Below, piece after piece: positions 29,766-40,814 of a stretch of 64,000 bases of DNA (within the stretch, counting starts at the first letter, position 1; every line of letters starts with the position of its first letter). The notes beneath the pieces are model-generated. The model was not told the DNA's origin, did not search any database, and saw nothing but the letters and a program-made list of their open reading frames with translations. Source of the DNA: Alphaproteobacteria bacterium (lineage in GTDB: Bacteria; Pseudomonadota; Alphaproteobacteria; Bin95); NCBI GenBank assembly GCA_964291285.2, contig OZ219788.1, positions 416,001 through 480,000 of the forward strand, written 5' to 3'. Both the position numbers and the translations under genes were made by a program.

Positions 29766-32123
29766 ATGGCGACGGCCCCCGCGGACAAGCACGGCATGGC
29801 AAGGCAACCACTTGCGACGCGATTTGCCGAACGGGTGCTCGCGTTCCGCTGGCCGGTCATTCTGACCACTCTGCTCATGGTCGCGGTCGCGTCGGGCGGC
29901 ATCGCTACGCTCGAATTTTCGGCCAACTACCGCATCTTTTTCGACGACGACAATCCGCAGCTTCTGGCGCTGGAAGCGCTGGAGAATACCTACGGGAAGA
30001 ACGAGAACATCGTGTTTCTGATCGTTCCGGATGACGGCGATGCCACCTCCGAGGATGCTCTCTCAGCCGCTGTCTGGCTTACAAAAGCCGCCTGGAACAC
30101 GCCATATTCGAGACGTGTCGATTCACTCGCCAATTTTCAGTACACGACCGCCGAGGGCGATGAACTGTTTGTGCGGGACCTTGTCGATCCGCAACAGCTG
30201 GACCGGGCCAAATTCCGCTCGCAAATCCGTGACATCGCTTCGTCGGATCCGCGTATCGCAGGCAGCATTCTGGCCCCGGACGGCGGTGTCAGCGTTGTAA
30301 ACGTCACCGTTGAACTGCCTCTGGAGGGCCTTCTGGAGGCCGTGGCCGAAGTGGCCGAATTCGCCAGGTCGGTCGATGCGGAGGCGGATGAGCGATTTGA
30401 CGGCATAGACCTGCGCATCGTCGGCACGGTCATGATCAACCAGACCTTCGTCGAAGCCTCGATCGAGAGCCAGATGATCTTCCTGCCCGCAAGCCTTCTG
30501 CTGATGGCGGTGGTGCTTGGCGTCCTCACCCGGGGATGGGCGGGGGTGGCGGCGACCGGCATGGTCATCGTCTTTTCCGTTTTGGCGTCGATGGGCCTGG
30601 GCGCGTGGGTCGGTTTGCCCTTCACCCCGCCGATTTCGCCGGCGCCGACCATCGTGCTGATGATCGTCGTGGCGAACTGCGTGCATCTGCTCGTGGCCTT
30701 GCAGCAGCGTCTGCGCGCCGGGGCCTCCAGGCACGAGGCCATCGTCGAAGCCGTCGCGCTCAACCTGCATCCGGTATTTCTGGCGAGCCTCACGACGGCG
30801 CTCGGGTTCCTCAGCATGAACTTTTCCGAAGTGCCGCCCTACCGCGATCTCGGCAACTTCGTCGCTTTCGGCATCGCCGCCTCCTTCATTCTGTCCGTCA
30901 CCTTTCTGCCGGCCGTCCTTTCGCTTCTCCCCATTCGCGCGCGCAAGGAACGGCGGCTTCGCGGGCCCGCCATGAGCCGCATCGCGGATGCCGTGCTGCG
31001 CCATCGCAAGGCGGTATTCTGAGCATGGCTGGTGATTGTGCCCGCAATGGCTCTGGCTGTCCCGCGCAACGAACTCAATGATGTCCTGGCTCATTTTTTC
31101 GACAAGAGCGTCGAGTTTCGCCAGGACACGGACTTCATGGACGAGCGCCTGAGCGGCAATACCTCGCTCGAATACTCGCTGGAAGCGTCCGCCGAGGGCG
31201 GGGTCACCGATCCCGTTTTCCTCGCAGAGGTCTCGCAATTCGCCGAGTGGTACCGCGCGCAAGCCCCCGTTCGCCACGTGGCGGTCATCACCGATACCTT
31301 TCGCCAGCTCAACAAGAGCATGCATGGCGACGATCCGGCCGCCTACCGGATTCCGGAAAGCAAGGAGCTGGCGGCGCAATACCTGCTCCTCTATGAGCTC
31401 TCGCTTCCGCAGGGTCTCGACCTGAACAATCAGATCGACAGATCCAGGTCGGCTACGCGCGTGACGGTATCGGCAAAGACGCTTTCTTCGCAGGAGCTTC
31501 TTGACCTCAATGCGCGCGCCGAGGCCTGGCTGGAGGAAAACGCGCCGAACATTGCCGACGTCAACAGCACCGGTCCCGCGGCGCTGTTCGCCTATATCGG
31601 GCAGCGCAACATCCGCGCCATGCTCGTCGGAACACTGGCCGTGATCCTGGCCATTTCCGTCATTCTCCTCTTCGCCTTGCGGTCGCTAAGGCTCGGCCTG
31701 ATAAGCATCGTTCCCAATCTGGTTCCCGCCGTGCTGGGCTTTGGAATCTGGGGGTTGACGGTCGGGCAGGTGGGACTGTCGCTGTCGGTCGTGGTGGCCA
31801 TGACGGTCGGCATCGTCGTGGACGACACGGTGCATTTCCTCGCCAAATTCCGCCGGGCGCGGCGCGAATACGGCCATGGCCCTGAAGAAGCGGTGCATTA
31901 TGCTTTCGATACCGCCGGGCGGGCCCTGTTCACGACGACGGTCGTGCTGGTAGCCGGTTTCCTGATACTCGTGTTCTCTCCGTTCGTTCCCACCGCGCAG
32001 GTCGGCGTCCTGACAGCGATGATTATCGGCTTCGCACTCGTCGCCGACCTGTCTCTCCTGCCGGCGCTGCTGACGGCTCTGGACCGGAGGAGGCCGACCG
32101 GGCAGGACGCGCGCGCGCCTTGA
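29766..32123 (+). pseudogene. MMPL/RND-family exporter split by an in-frame TGA
   Basis: ORFs 29766-31022 and 31032-32123 share a frame; two RND repeats (ASLTTALGF; GIVVDDTVHF); TGA at 31020-31022 within a TM helix. Confidence 0.85.
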
Positions 32124-32194
32124 TCCACGTCGAGGGAGGTATTTCCGACAAAGGATTCCTGGCGCCGGGGCCAACCTTCCCGGCGATTCGTAGA

Positions 32195-32224
32195 CTTGAC
32201 CTTGCCCGGTCGGGATTGCATATC
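32195..32224 (+). promoter_or_regulatory. Possible sigma70-type promoter of the NHLP export operon
   Basis: TTGACC-N17-CATATC in an AT-richer intergenic gap. Confidence 0.3.
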
Positions 32225-32302
32225 GCCTTCTACTTCTTCGCCCAAGCCGGATAAGATTTTCTTTGTCCTTGCTTGATCCCCGTGAGGAGGCTGAGCGCGG
32301 CC

Positions 32303-32854
32303 GTGTTCAATAATCCGTTCGGTTCATTTCAGAATACCGTTGCCGAAGCGAAGGAAGAACGCGAGCAACTGGACCGGTTGCTGACCATTTCCACGCCGCG
32401 GGAACGCCTGCTTGTCGCCGTTACTGTCCTGTTGTTGCTCGTTCTCGCAATCTGGCTGTTCGTCGGCAATGTAACCCGCAGCGTTGCGCTGGACGGCGTG
32501 CTCGTCGGTCCCGGAGAAAAGCTGACCGCGGGCAACCGGACCGTACAGGCGTTCGTCTGGGTCAAGAGCGGCGCCGCCCCGCATATCGGGCCCGGAATGG
32601 CGGCGGAGATAGAGCTGGCCACGGCAGGCGGAGAAGCAGTCGCGCTTGACGGCGAGGTCTCGGAGGTTTCCGCCGTGCCCTTGCCGGAAGGGCTGGCGGC
32701 GTTCCAGGCCGCGGCGCCGGTATCCGTGTACCGCGTGGAAGTCGCGCTTGATGCGGAGCCCGGCTTTGCTTCCCTTGCCGGCGTGAAATGCAGGATTGTC
32801 GTCGAACTCGGAACGCAATCTCCGGTCGAACTGTTTCGAATGAGACGACCGTAA
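32303..32854 (+). CDS. NHLP-system secretion (HlyD-like) protein, short form
   Basis: EQLDRLLTISTPRERLL plus TM matches the NHLP HlyD N-terminus; GAGGAGG then GTG; no long alpha-hairpin. Confidence 0.7.
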   Translation: MFNNPFGSFQNTVAEAKEEREQLDRLLTISTPRERLLVAVTVLLLLVLAIWLFVGNVTRSVALDGVLVGPGEKLTAGNRTVQAFVWVKSGAAPHIGPGMAAEIELATAGGEAVALDGEVSEVSAVPLPEGLAAFQAAAPVSVYRVEVALDAEPGFASLAGVKCRIVVELGTQSPVELFRMRRP

Positions 32855-32855
32855 G

Positions 32856-35066
32856 ATGGCGTTACGCGCCTCTATGGGGGCTGGCGGCAATGCCGCGCAG
32901 AACCCCTCGAAACGAAGGATAGCGACGCCGATAGTGTTGCAGATGCACGCGTCGGAATGCGGCGCGGCCTGCCTCGGCAGCATACTGGCCTATTTCGGGC
33001 GCCGGGTGCCGCTAACCGAACTGCGCGAGAAATGCGAGGTCAGCCGGGACGGCAGCAGCGCCGCGAGCATCCTGCGCGCTTCCAGGCATTACGGTCTTGA
33101 ATGCAGCGGCCTCAGCATGCGCGCCAACCAACTGAAAAAGCTTCAATTGCCTCTTATTCTGTTCTGGCAATTCAGCCATTTCGTCGTCTTTGAAGGATTC
33201 GACGACAACCACTTCTACCTCAACGATCCGTCCACCGGGCGGCGCAGGCTTTCCGTGGAAGAGTTCAACAGGGGCTACAGCGGAATAGCGCTGAGATTCC
33301 AGCGCGGCGCCGATTTCAGCCCCGGCGGCGAGCAGCCCGGCCTGTTCAGGCGATTGGACGCCCTGCTCGGCGGATCGTGGAATGTGCTTTCCGGATCGCT
33401 CGCCTGCGGTTTCATGCTGACATTGCTGACACTCATCGTTCCCGTGTCGCTCACCGTTTTCGTGGACGGCGTTCTGGAAAACCACGGGGCCTGGGGCGGA
33501 TTGGTGGCGGCCCTGCTCGGCGGCGGCGTTCTGGTATATATCCTGTCCCTGCTCAAGCACCGGTTCCTGAAGCGGCTTGCAGCCCGGATTTCGGTGATCG
33601 GCTACAGCCGGGGATTGTCGCGGCTGCTGCGTCTGCCGGTGGAGTTCTTCGAACACAGGCTGGTTGGAGACCTGACCGAACGGGTCTCCTCCATCGACAG
33701 AGTCGCGAAAAACCTGACGGACCAATTCGTTGTGCTCGTCATCGACATGGCAATGAGCGCGGTCCTGCTCGTCGCGATGCTCGCCTACGATGTCCTGCTC
33801 ACAGCGGTCGTGTTGCTGCTGGCCGTGCTGCACGGCATGGCGGCCTATTTTCTCAACGCGCTCCGGATCGTCCAAACCCAGGCGATGAGGCGCGAACAGG
33901 GGCTGCTGATCGGCGTCGGCATGCAGATGTTGAGCCACGCGGACAATCTGCGGATGACGGGGGCCGACGACCGGTTTTTTTCACGCTGGAGCGGCCAACA
34001 GGCGCGTGAACTGCGGGCGCGACAGAGCTGTTCGGAGCTGGGCGCTGTCAACGCCGCGCTTCCGGACTTCGTCGCTGCGCTCCGCAGCGCGGCGATCCTG
34101 GGTGTCGGGGGCAGCCTGGCCCTGGCCGGGGAAATGACCCTGGGGACGCTCGTCGGGTTCTATGTCCTTGCAGAGATGTTCCTGGCGCCCATAGGGCGCT
34201 TTCTGGAGTTCGCCGACAAGCGCCAGGCGCTCGAAACCGATTTGCAGCGGCTCGACGACATTTCCAAGGCGGCCGAGGACCCCTCCTTCGACCGGCGAAA
34301 TGAGGAATCCGGGTCGATCTCCACATTCAGGGGCCGGCTCCAGCTTACGGGGCGGCTTGAATTGCGAAACGTCACCTTCGGGTTCAACAAGAGCCGGCCG
34401 CCCCTGATCGAGAACTTCAACCTTGCGCTCAGTCCGGGGCAGCGGGTTGCCGTGGTCGGTCCGAGCGGCTCCGGAAAATCGACCCTGGCCCGCCTGGTTT
34501 CGGGCGTCTACAAGCCCTGGTCGGGCGAAATCCTGTTCGACGGCCATCCGCGGAACGAGATTCCCGAGGAAGTGCTGCGACAGTCCATTTCCATGGTGGA
34601 CCAGGATGTGGTGCTCTTTTCCGCGTCGCTGCGCGACAACATTACCCTGTGGAACCCGGCCGTTCCCGATGAAGTCGTCTTCGCCGCGACGCGAGACGCC
34701 CGGATCCACGACGAAATTCTGGTCAGGCCGCACGGGTATTCGACCATGGTCGAGGAAGGCGGGGCGAATTTCAGCGGCGGCCAGCGGCAACGGCTGGAAA
34801 TTGCGCGCGCGCTGGTGGGCAATCCGACGATGCTCATTCTGGACGAGGCGACGAGCGCGCTGGATGCCGCGACGGAAGAAGATGTCGACGAGGCCCTGCG
34901 GCGCCGCGGCGTCACCTGCCTGATCGTGGCGCACCGGCTGAGCACCGTCAGGGACTGCGACCAGATTATCGTGCTCGACAAAGGCGTCGAAGTGCAGCGC
35001 GGCACGCATGACGAGTTGATTGCCGACCGGGACGGCACGTACTACAAGTTGGTCATGTCGGGCTGA
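32856..35066 (+). CDS. NHLP-family peptidase-containing ABC exporter (C39 peptidase/permease/ATPase)
   Basis: QMHASECGAACL...HFVV...NDP (C39 Cys-His-Asp), GPSGSGKST, FSGGQRQR, ILDEATSALD. Confidence 0.93.
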   Translation: MALRASMGAGGNAAQNPSKRRIATPIVLQMHASECGAACLGSILAYFGRRVPLTELREKCEVSRDGSSAASILRASRHYGLECSGLSMRANQLKKLQLPLILFWQFSHFVVFEGFDDNHFYLNDPSTGRRRLSVEEFNRGYSGIALRFQRGADFSPGGEQPGLFRRLDALLGGSWNVLSGSLACGFMLTLLTLIVPVSLTVFVDGVLENHGAWGGLVAALLGGGVLVYILSLLKHRFLKRLAARISVIGYSRGLSRLLRLPVEFFEHRLVGDLTERVSSIDRVAKNLTDQFVVLVIDMAMSAVLLVAMLAYDVLLTAVVLLLAVLHGMAAYFLNALRIVQTQAMRREQGLLIGVGMQMLSHADNLRMTGADDRFFSRWSGQQARELRARQSCSELGAVNAALPDFVAALRSAAILGVGGSLALAGEMTLGTLVGFYVLAEMFLAPIGRFLEFADKRQALETDLQRLDDISKAAEDPSFDRRNEESGSISTFRGRLQLTGRLELRNVTFGFNKSRPPLIENFNLALSPGQRVAVVGPSGSGKSTLARLVSGVYKPWSGEILFDGHPRNEIPEEVLRQSISMVDQDVVLFSASLRDNITLWNPAVPDEVVFAATRDARIHDEILVRPHGYSTMVEEGGANFSGGQRQRLEIARALVGNPTMLILDEATSALDAATEEDVDEALRRRGVTCLIVAHRLSTVRDCDQIIVLDKGVEVQRGTHDELIADRDGTYYKLVMSG

Positions 35067-36982
35067 TGCAGGGCACGGGGCCGGAATATTCGTCGATAGC
35101 GGCGCTCGCCGCGCGCGCCGGCGCATCCGCGCCCTGCGCCGGCAACCTGCCCGTCAGGCTCGACGACCCGGATAGCGTCTGGATCGTCGAACGGGGTGCG
35201 GTCCATCTGTTTCTGGTCGAGTTCAGGGATGGTGTGGAGCAGGCCGCGCCCCGGCACCTGCTGCGCCGGGAAGCCGGGCAGCTGCTGCTCGGCGTCGCGC
35301 CGGACCAAGACGAAAGCGGCAGCGGCACGACGCTCAGCCTGATCGCCAAAGGGTTGCCGGACACCCTTCTGAAACGCCTGCCGGCGTCCCTGCTGGCCGA
35401 GGCTTATCCGGCGGAACTGGCGGAACAGACGGATACCTGGCTGACCGCCATTACCGACACGCTCTCGCGTTTTGTAAGCCGCCTTCCGCGTCCGACCGCG
35501 CTGGCCGAACCCGGCCGGACCCGGACCCTGGACCCTTGTGTGCTGTCCGTACGGCGCGGCGCGGTATGGATATCGGAACCGCCGCGCGGCGCAGGCCTGT
35601 TCATGGGTATTGTCGATCCGGCGGAACTCCGGGAGGCGCACAACCTGCGCGAAACCGCAATACCGCTGACGCGGACCAGCTGGTTCGCCTTGTTCGACGA
35701 GGCGACAATCTCCGGCACATCGACCGAGACCCTGGCACGGCAGGGCAAGCTCCTGCCGGCGCTCGCGTTCTTTCATGCAATCGCTTTTGCCCTGGAACGC
35801 CATAACCGCCGACTGGCAATGGTCGATGACGCAAACCTCGAACGCGCGCGGACAACCAGCCGCCGCACGGCGGAAAGGGCTGCGCGGCAGCGTCTCTTCA
35901 ATATCTATGACCATCCCATCGACCGGGAGGCCAGCGTCGAGGACACGGCTCTGGCGGACGCCCTGCAAATCATCGGCCGCCGTGAAGGAATCGATTTCAG
36001 GATTCCGGCGCGCTCGGGACCGTCCGAATCCCCGGTCGGTCTCGTTGACATTCTCGATGCATCGGGCGTGCGCGCCCGGCGCGTGCGATTCAAGGACGAG
36101 GGCGACTGGTGGCGCGGCGACAGCAACGCGATGCTGGCATTCCGCGCCGAGGACGGCCAACCCATGGCACTGTTGCCGGGGATGCTGGGGCGGTATCGGG
36201 AAACCGATCCGGTAAGCAAGCGCAGCGTCCGGATGACGGGAGCCCGCGCCGATGCGCTGGGTGACGAGGCCTGGATGTTCTATCGGCCGTTGCCGCCGGG
36301 AACGGTGAAACCGGCGGACCTTCTGGGACTCGCCCTTCACGGATCGGCCCCGGATCTGGCGCGGCTTTCGATAGCCGGGCTTCTGGGCGGCCTGGTCAAG
36401 CTGCTGCCGGCGCTGGCGCTCGGATTCGTTGCGCTTGAGGTCGCGGCAGGCGGAACCCCGGGCGCGCTCCATGCCGCGGCCGTGGCGTTGGCGGCGTTCG
36501 GCCTGCTCGGCGCATTGCTGCACCTGCTTCAAACCACGGCGATCATGCGGCTCGGGGGACGTTCGGGGTCACGGGTCGAAGCGGCCTTCTGGGACCGCCT
36601 CATGCGCCTTCCGCCAAGCATTCTGCACCGCCATCCGGCCGGCGACCTGGCCATGTCGGGGATGACATTCCAGTCTCTTCGCGACGGCCTGCAGGGAGTC
36701 GTCGCCGACAGCTTGCTGTCGGTCGTCTTCCTGCTTCCGGTTTTCGGGGTCATCTTCTTCTACGACACTACTCTCGGGGTCGTTGCCCTCGTCTTCAGCC
36801 TGGCCTCGCTGTCGATTACCGTTGCCCTTGGATTGCGCCGGATTTCGCCTTACGGGCGGATGATCGCCGCCGCCCGCCGCGTGGCCGGCCGGCTGTTCCA
36901 GATGTATCCGTTCGGGTTCCGGGGGATGAGGATTGGGTTATCCGCTTGTCGGCATTTTCACACCGGGGCGACGGTTGTGCTT

Positions 36983-37864
36983 CTACCGATTGAGGGTGCG
37001 TTGCCAGTCTTTTCGCAGTGTGCGGAGCCAGATGTCCTTTTTCGGCTGGTCTCGTTTGTTGTGCCTGTCGTAGCGTCCCCGGCCCTGGGTGGTCCCGACG
37101 CGGGTCCAGCCCGATGCGCGGTATACGGCACCGGTGTAGCGGGGCGTTTCGACGAAGGTCTCGATGAGCACCGGCGTGATGTTGTAGCGCCCGGTCCAGT
37201 CGATGGGCAGGCGGCGGCGCACGATGGCGAGGATGTGCGAGCCGAGGTTGGGGATCTCGATCCAGGGCAGGATCAGGAAGCGCGGGTTGTCGACGACGAG
37301 AGGAAGGTTCTTTTCGCGCAGTTCGGGCGTCCATCCGATGAAGCGGTCGCGCGGGGCGAGCTTCCATGCGGCGGTGGAGAAGCCGAGCATGGCGACGGGC
37401 CAGCCGTTGCGGTCGTGGACGGCATAGCGCATCTGGGCGCCGACCAGTGTCTTGTGTCCGAGATAGTGGTAGCGGGCGATGAACTCGTTCCAGAGCCTGC
37501 CTTCGCGGGTGCTGTGCACGACGGTGCGGAAGTCGAGCGGGCGGACCTCGTCGAGGGTCGTGGGCGCCGGGAACAGCGGCGGTTCGGTGTCGGGTCCGAA
37601 CTGGACCGGCCTGGGCCGGTGCTGCCGCCCCCTCGGCGGCGGCAGCTCGATGAGCCCGTCCTTGTGCATGGCGAGCATGGCGACACGGGCCATCATGTCC
37701 TTCAGTCCGCCGTCGGGCTTGAGCCAGCCGATGCGCCGGCAGAACTCGATCGACAGGGCGCGGCGGGAGAGCGGGGCGGGATCGGCGATCAGGGCACGCA
37801 GCAGCGCCATTTCATCTTCGGTGAAGTCGCGCCCGTAATAGCGACACTCGACCGCGCCGGTCAT
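36983..37864 (-). CDS. DUF4338 (DruA-like) domain protein, copy A, 293 aa
   Basis: RYYGRDF, LWNEFIARYHYLG, GAQMRY, RDRFIGW, RFLILPW, NLGSHIL, ETFVE, GAVYRASGW, GTTQGRG; ATGA overlap with tnpC stop. Confidence 0.88.
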   Translation of the reverse strand: MTGAVECRYYGRDFTEDEMALLRALIADPAPLSRRALSIEFCRRIGWLKPDGGLKDMMARVAMLAMHKDGLIELPPPRGRQHRPRPVQFGPDTEPPLFPAPTTLDEVRPLDFRTVVHSTREGRLWNEFIARYHYLGHKTLVGAQMRYAVHDRNGWPVAMLGFSTAAWKLAPRDRFIGWTPELREKNLPLVVDNPRFLILPWIEIPNLGSHILAIVRRRLPIDWTGRYNITPVLIETFVETPRYTGAVYRASGWTRVGTTQGRGRYDRHNKRDQPKKDIWLRTLRKDWQRTLNR

Positions 37865-40026
37865 CCCGCCGCCGCGAGTTCGCGCCGGCGCGCCTCGCTC
37901 ATCGACCACGGCAGCCAGGGCGAGAGGTCTTCCGGCGGCTCGCCGCCGTTCTCCGCGCACGCGGTCAGCCATTCACCGAGCCAGCGCCGGACGTCGATGC
38001 CGTTGATCGCCAGCGTGCCGGCCACCGAGTACATCGTTGCCGTGAACCCGGCGCCTTTCTCGCTGTCGGAGCCGAACGAGAGCCGTCGCCCGATGACCGC
38101 GAAGCGCAGGGAGAGTTCGCCGCGGTTGTTGTCCATGGGCACGAACGGCTTGTCGACGAAGACGCACAGCCCCTCGCGGTGCTTGAGGAGCGAGCGCAGC
38201 GGCCTGGCCCTGCGCGCCCTGTCCGTCAGCCCGGCCAGTTCCGCTTCGGCGGCCGCGAACAGCTCGTCGACCGCCTTCTTCAGCCTGGCGTGCGCGACGT
38301 CGAACGCCGGCGTCTGGCGTTCGAGAGGGTGAGCGGGGTCGTAATGCTCCAGCCGCGCCTCGTTGAGCCGGTAGATCTCCGCGATCCGCTCGATCCATCT
38401 CTGGCACCAGCGCCTGAGCCGCACCCGCCCGGCCGCGCCGTCGATGAACGAGCGCCTTTGGTGCGCCCAGCACCATTGCAGGATCACCTTGCCGGCGAGT
38501 TCGCGGGCCAGCTTTCTGTAGGCGCTGAACCGGTCGCAGACCAGAACCACGATGCCCTGTGTCGAACCGAACAGCTTCATCGCGACCTCGGCGCTGCGCG
38601 AGGGATCGATGTGGTAATAGACCGCGTCCGGGCTCACCGAGGTCCACAGCCAGGCGCGGCTCGACCGGCCTTTCTCGCGCCAGGCCTGAACGCGCCAGGA
38701 TGTTTCGTCGGCATGGCGCAGGGCCGCGGTGTTCTGGTGCGCAAGGATCGCCTCGGCCAGCGGCTCGAACAGCGGCACGAAGCGCTTGATGCTGTCGGCC
38801 AGGGTGCCCGGCGAGATCGTCAGCCCCATGTCGGCCAGCCAGGCCGCGACCCGATGCAGCGGCCGGCAGCAGACGAACCGTTCGTAGAGCATGCACGTCC
38901 AGACGCTGATCCCGTAAGGCGTGGTCTCGAACAGTCGCACCGCCGGCGGCGCGGTCACCTCCCGCGGCGCGGAGGCGCAGTCGCAAGCCCGGCGCCAGCG
39001 CGACCGGACGATGGTGCGCTCGCAGGCCTCGACATCGATCTCGAAGAGGGTGGTGCGCCGCTCGCCGTTGGCGACATAGGGCTTGCCGCAACGCGGGCAG
39101 ATCCGCGCATCTTCCGGCGGGTCGCGCGTCTCCTTCTTCTTCCTGAGCCCGGGGCGCCGGGTGCGGCCGTGCCCGGCGGTGCCGCGCTGCTGGCCGCGCT
39201 CGCGCCCGGTGCCCGGCTTCTTCTGCCGCTCGCTCCTGCTGCCGTAGAGCGCCTTCGACAGGACGCTGCGGGTCGAGCGCAGCTTGTCGAGGTCGCCTTC
39301 CAGCTTCTCGACCCGCGCGGCCAGCGCGGCATTCTCGCCCTTCAGATCCCGCACCTCGGCGCGCAGCCCGGCATTCTTCTCCCGCAGCGACCCGATCAGC
39401 TCCGTGGCCCGCACGACCGCCGCCCGCAGCCGGTCGTTGCGCGCGCGCAGCCACGCGATCGTGCCCTCCCCGGCCTTCACCAGCCGCCTGGCCGCGGCGA
39501 GATGCCGGTCGAACCGCCTGCGCAGAGATTCGGCCACGCGCTCGCCCTCGCGGTGTACCTTCGCGAGCCGCGAGCGCTCCCGGTCGATGTCCTGCTTCAA
39601 CCAGTTGATCTCGTCCCGGTGGCGCGCCTCGACCCGCTCCCGGTGCTCGTGAGACCGGCGCAACGAGAGGTAAAGACCGGCGATCTCGTCGTCCTGATAC
39701 TCGACCCTGCGCTCCAACGCCTTCATGGCCCGCGACGCGGTCCTGGTTACGGCCAACTTGAGCTTGAACCGGCAAGTCTCAAGCTGCCTCTCCAGAGAAC
39801 GCACGCGCGTACAGGCGTCCCTCTCCGACCAGCGCAGTTCCTCGCGGCGCAACTCCGCCACGCGTGCGCGACCCCGTTCCTCCTCGATCCGCGCCTCTGC
39901 CTCTTCAAGCACAGACGCCCAGTCGAGCGGCTCGCACGCCGGCATCACCATGGGAGGCGACCACAAGGTGTCGCCCCCCTCGGCCAGCGTCAGGTCGGTG
40001 CAGAAATCCGCGTCGAAAACCGCCAT
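37861..40026 (-). CDS. tnpC: IS66-family DDE transposase with extended N-terminal coiled coil, copy A
   Basis: About 250 aa charged heptad region, then KALYGSRSE, CPRCG, HADET, VCDRF, CWAHQRR, MDNNRGE. Confidence 0.9.
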   Translation of the reverse strand: MAVFDADFCTDLTLAEGGDTLWSPPMVMPACEPLDWASVLEEAEARIEEERGRARVAELRREELRWSERDACTRVRSLERQLETCRFKLKLAVTRTASRAMKALERRVEYQDDEIAGLYLSLRRSHEHRERVEARHRDEINWLKQDIDRERSRLAKVHREGERVAESLRRRFDRHLAAARRLVKAGEGTIAWLRARNDRLRAAVVRATELIGSLREKNAGLRAEVRDLKGENAALAARVEKLEGDLDKLRSTRSVLSKALYGSRSERQKKPGTGRERGQQRGTAGHGRTRRPGLRKKKETRDPPEDARICPRCGKPYVANGERRTTLFEIDVEACERTIVRSRWRRACDCASAPREVTAPPAVRLFETTPYGISVWTCMLYERFVCCRPLHRVAAWLADMGLTISPGTLADSIKRFVPLFEPLAEAILAHQNTAALRHADETSWRVQAWREKGRSSRAWLWTSVSPDAVYYHIDPSRSAEVAMKLFGSTQGIVVLVCDRFSAYRKLARELAGKVILQWCWAHQRRSFIDGAAGRVRLRRWCQRWIERIAEIYRLNEARLEHYDPAHPLERQTPAFDVAHARLKKAVDELFAAAEAELAGLTDRARRARPLRSLLKHREGLCVFVDKPFVPMDNNRGELSLRFAVIGRRLSFGSDSEKGAGFTATMYSVAGTLAINGIDVRRWLGEWLTACAENGGEPPEDLSPWLPWSMSEARRRELAAAG

Positions 40027-40468
40027 GCGCGAGACCGTAGCGCATGCGCGAAGTAGTTACCAGTCAGAAAATCCGTGGAGGCATACGATCCCCCGGAACC
40101 CGAACGGATACTTCCAGATCGTCGGCGGCATCGCCAAACTGCGTATGGAAAACGCGGAAGGGTCGGCTTACGCCATCTGGGCGCAGGACTATCGCCGCCA
40201 GAAGCGCGCGGAGCTCGAAGTGGCCGCGGTCGAGGGACATTCGCGGGCATTCGGCGCCGCGCTGCCCTTTCTTGCCGGCGGGACATTGCTCTTCGCCGTG
40301 ATGGCGACGGGGGAGCGGACCGTCCCGGTCAGCGACTTTCTGGTCGTTTACATCGTCTTCATCGCGTTCCAGTCCGCCGTTGCCCGGCTCGGCGAGTCCT
40401 TCGGCGCCATTGCCGGCATGCTGCCGGCGTTCGACCAGATGCGCCCGCTGCTCGCCGCGGTTCCCGAG

Positions 40469-40666
40469 CAGCCCGACGTCCTCGTCTCCCTCTGCGGCGC
40501 GCTCTACAACATGGCCGACGACACCAACTTCGACGCCGTCGTTGCCTACGCCACCCGGCTGCGCCGCGAAATCGGCGAGTTCCTGGTCACCATGTGCCTC
40601 CAGCGCGACCCGGGCCTCCAGAACACCGCCGGCTTCATCCGCTGGGCCGCACGCCGCACCCGGTAG
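40469..40666 (+). pseudogene. C-terminal remnant of an unrelated gene (probably a phage-type MoxR/AAA ATPase) fused in frame to the ABC permease
   Basis: QPDVLVSLCGALYNMADDTNFDAVVAYATRLRREIGEFLV...FIRWA is not ABC sequence; resembles from memory the tail of AAA ATPases found with DUF3150. Confidence 0.5.
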
Positions 40667-40814
40667 CCGCAACCATGCAGGCCGCGCCGGAAACCGCTCC
40701 GGCCGCCCGATCCGGGAGTCCGGGTGAAGCCCTGTCCGGTCGAACCCGGCATCCCTGCCGGCGAAACGAACGACGACGCCGTTCTTGCAACCCCTGCCCG
40801 ACGGGACTAGACCC

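Larger units (their letters stand above)
36904..40111 (-). mobile_element. IS66-like transposon A (coiled-coil TnpC + DUF4338), complete, 3208 bp
   Basis: Perfect 24-bp TIR GTATCCGTTCGGGTTCCGGGGGAT; 8-bp TSD TTCCAGAT at 36896-36903 and 40112-40119. Confidence 0.95.
35066..40468 (+). pseudogene. Second NHLP-system ABC permease/ATPase subunit, interrupted by a transposon and lacking its ATPase domain
   Basis: LDDPDSVWIVERGAVHLF, VRARRV, AAFWDRLMRLP; reads ...AGRLFQ at 36903 and resumes FQIVGGIAKLR at 40112; ABC-like sequence ends at PLLAAVPE. Confidence 0.85.

Noticed and set aside
31020-31022. TGA as selenocysteine or genetic code 4/25
   Set aside because: TGA is a normal stop in many genes here; position is in a TM helix and no SECIS-like hairpin is evident
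35066-38332. 1088-aa ORF as one real protein
   Set aside because: It is the ABC gene reading through into the antisense strand of transposon A after 36903
40670-40810. Possible structured RNA upstream of the RHEQAM protein
   Set aside because: Only short hairpins (CCGGCA...TGCCGG); no recognisable riboswitch or ribozyme consensus
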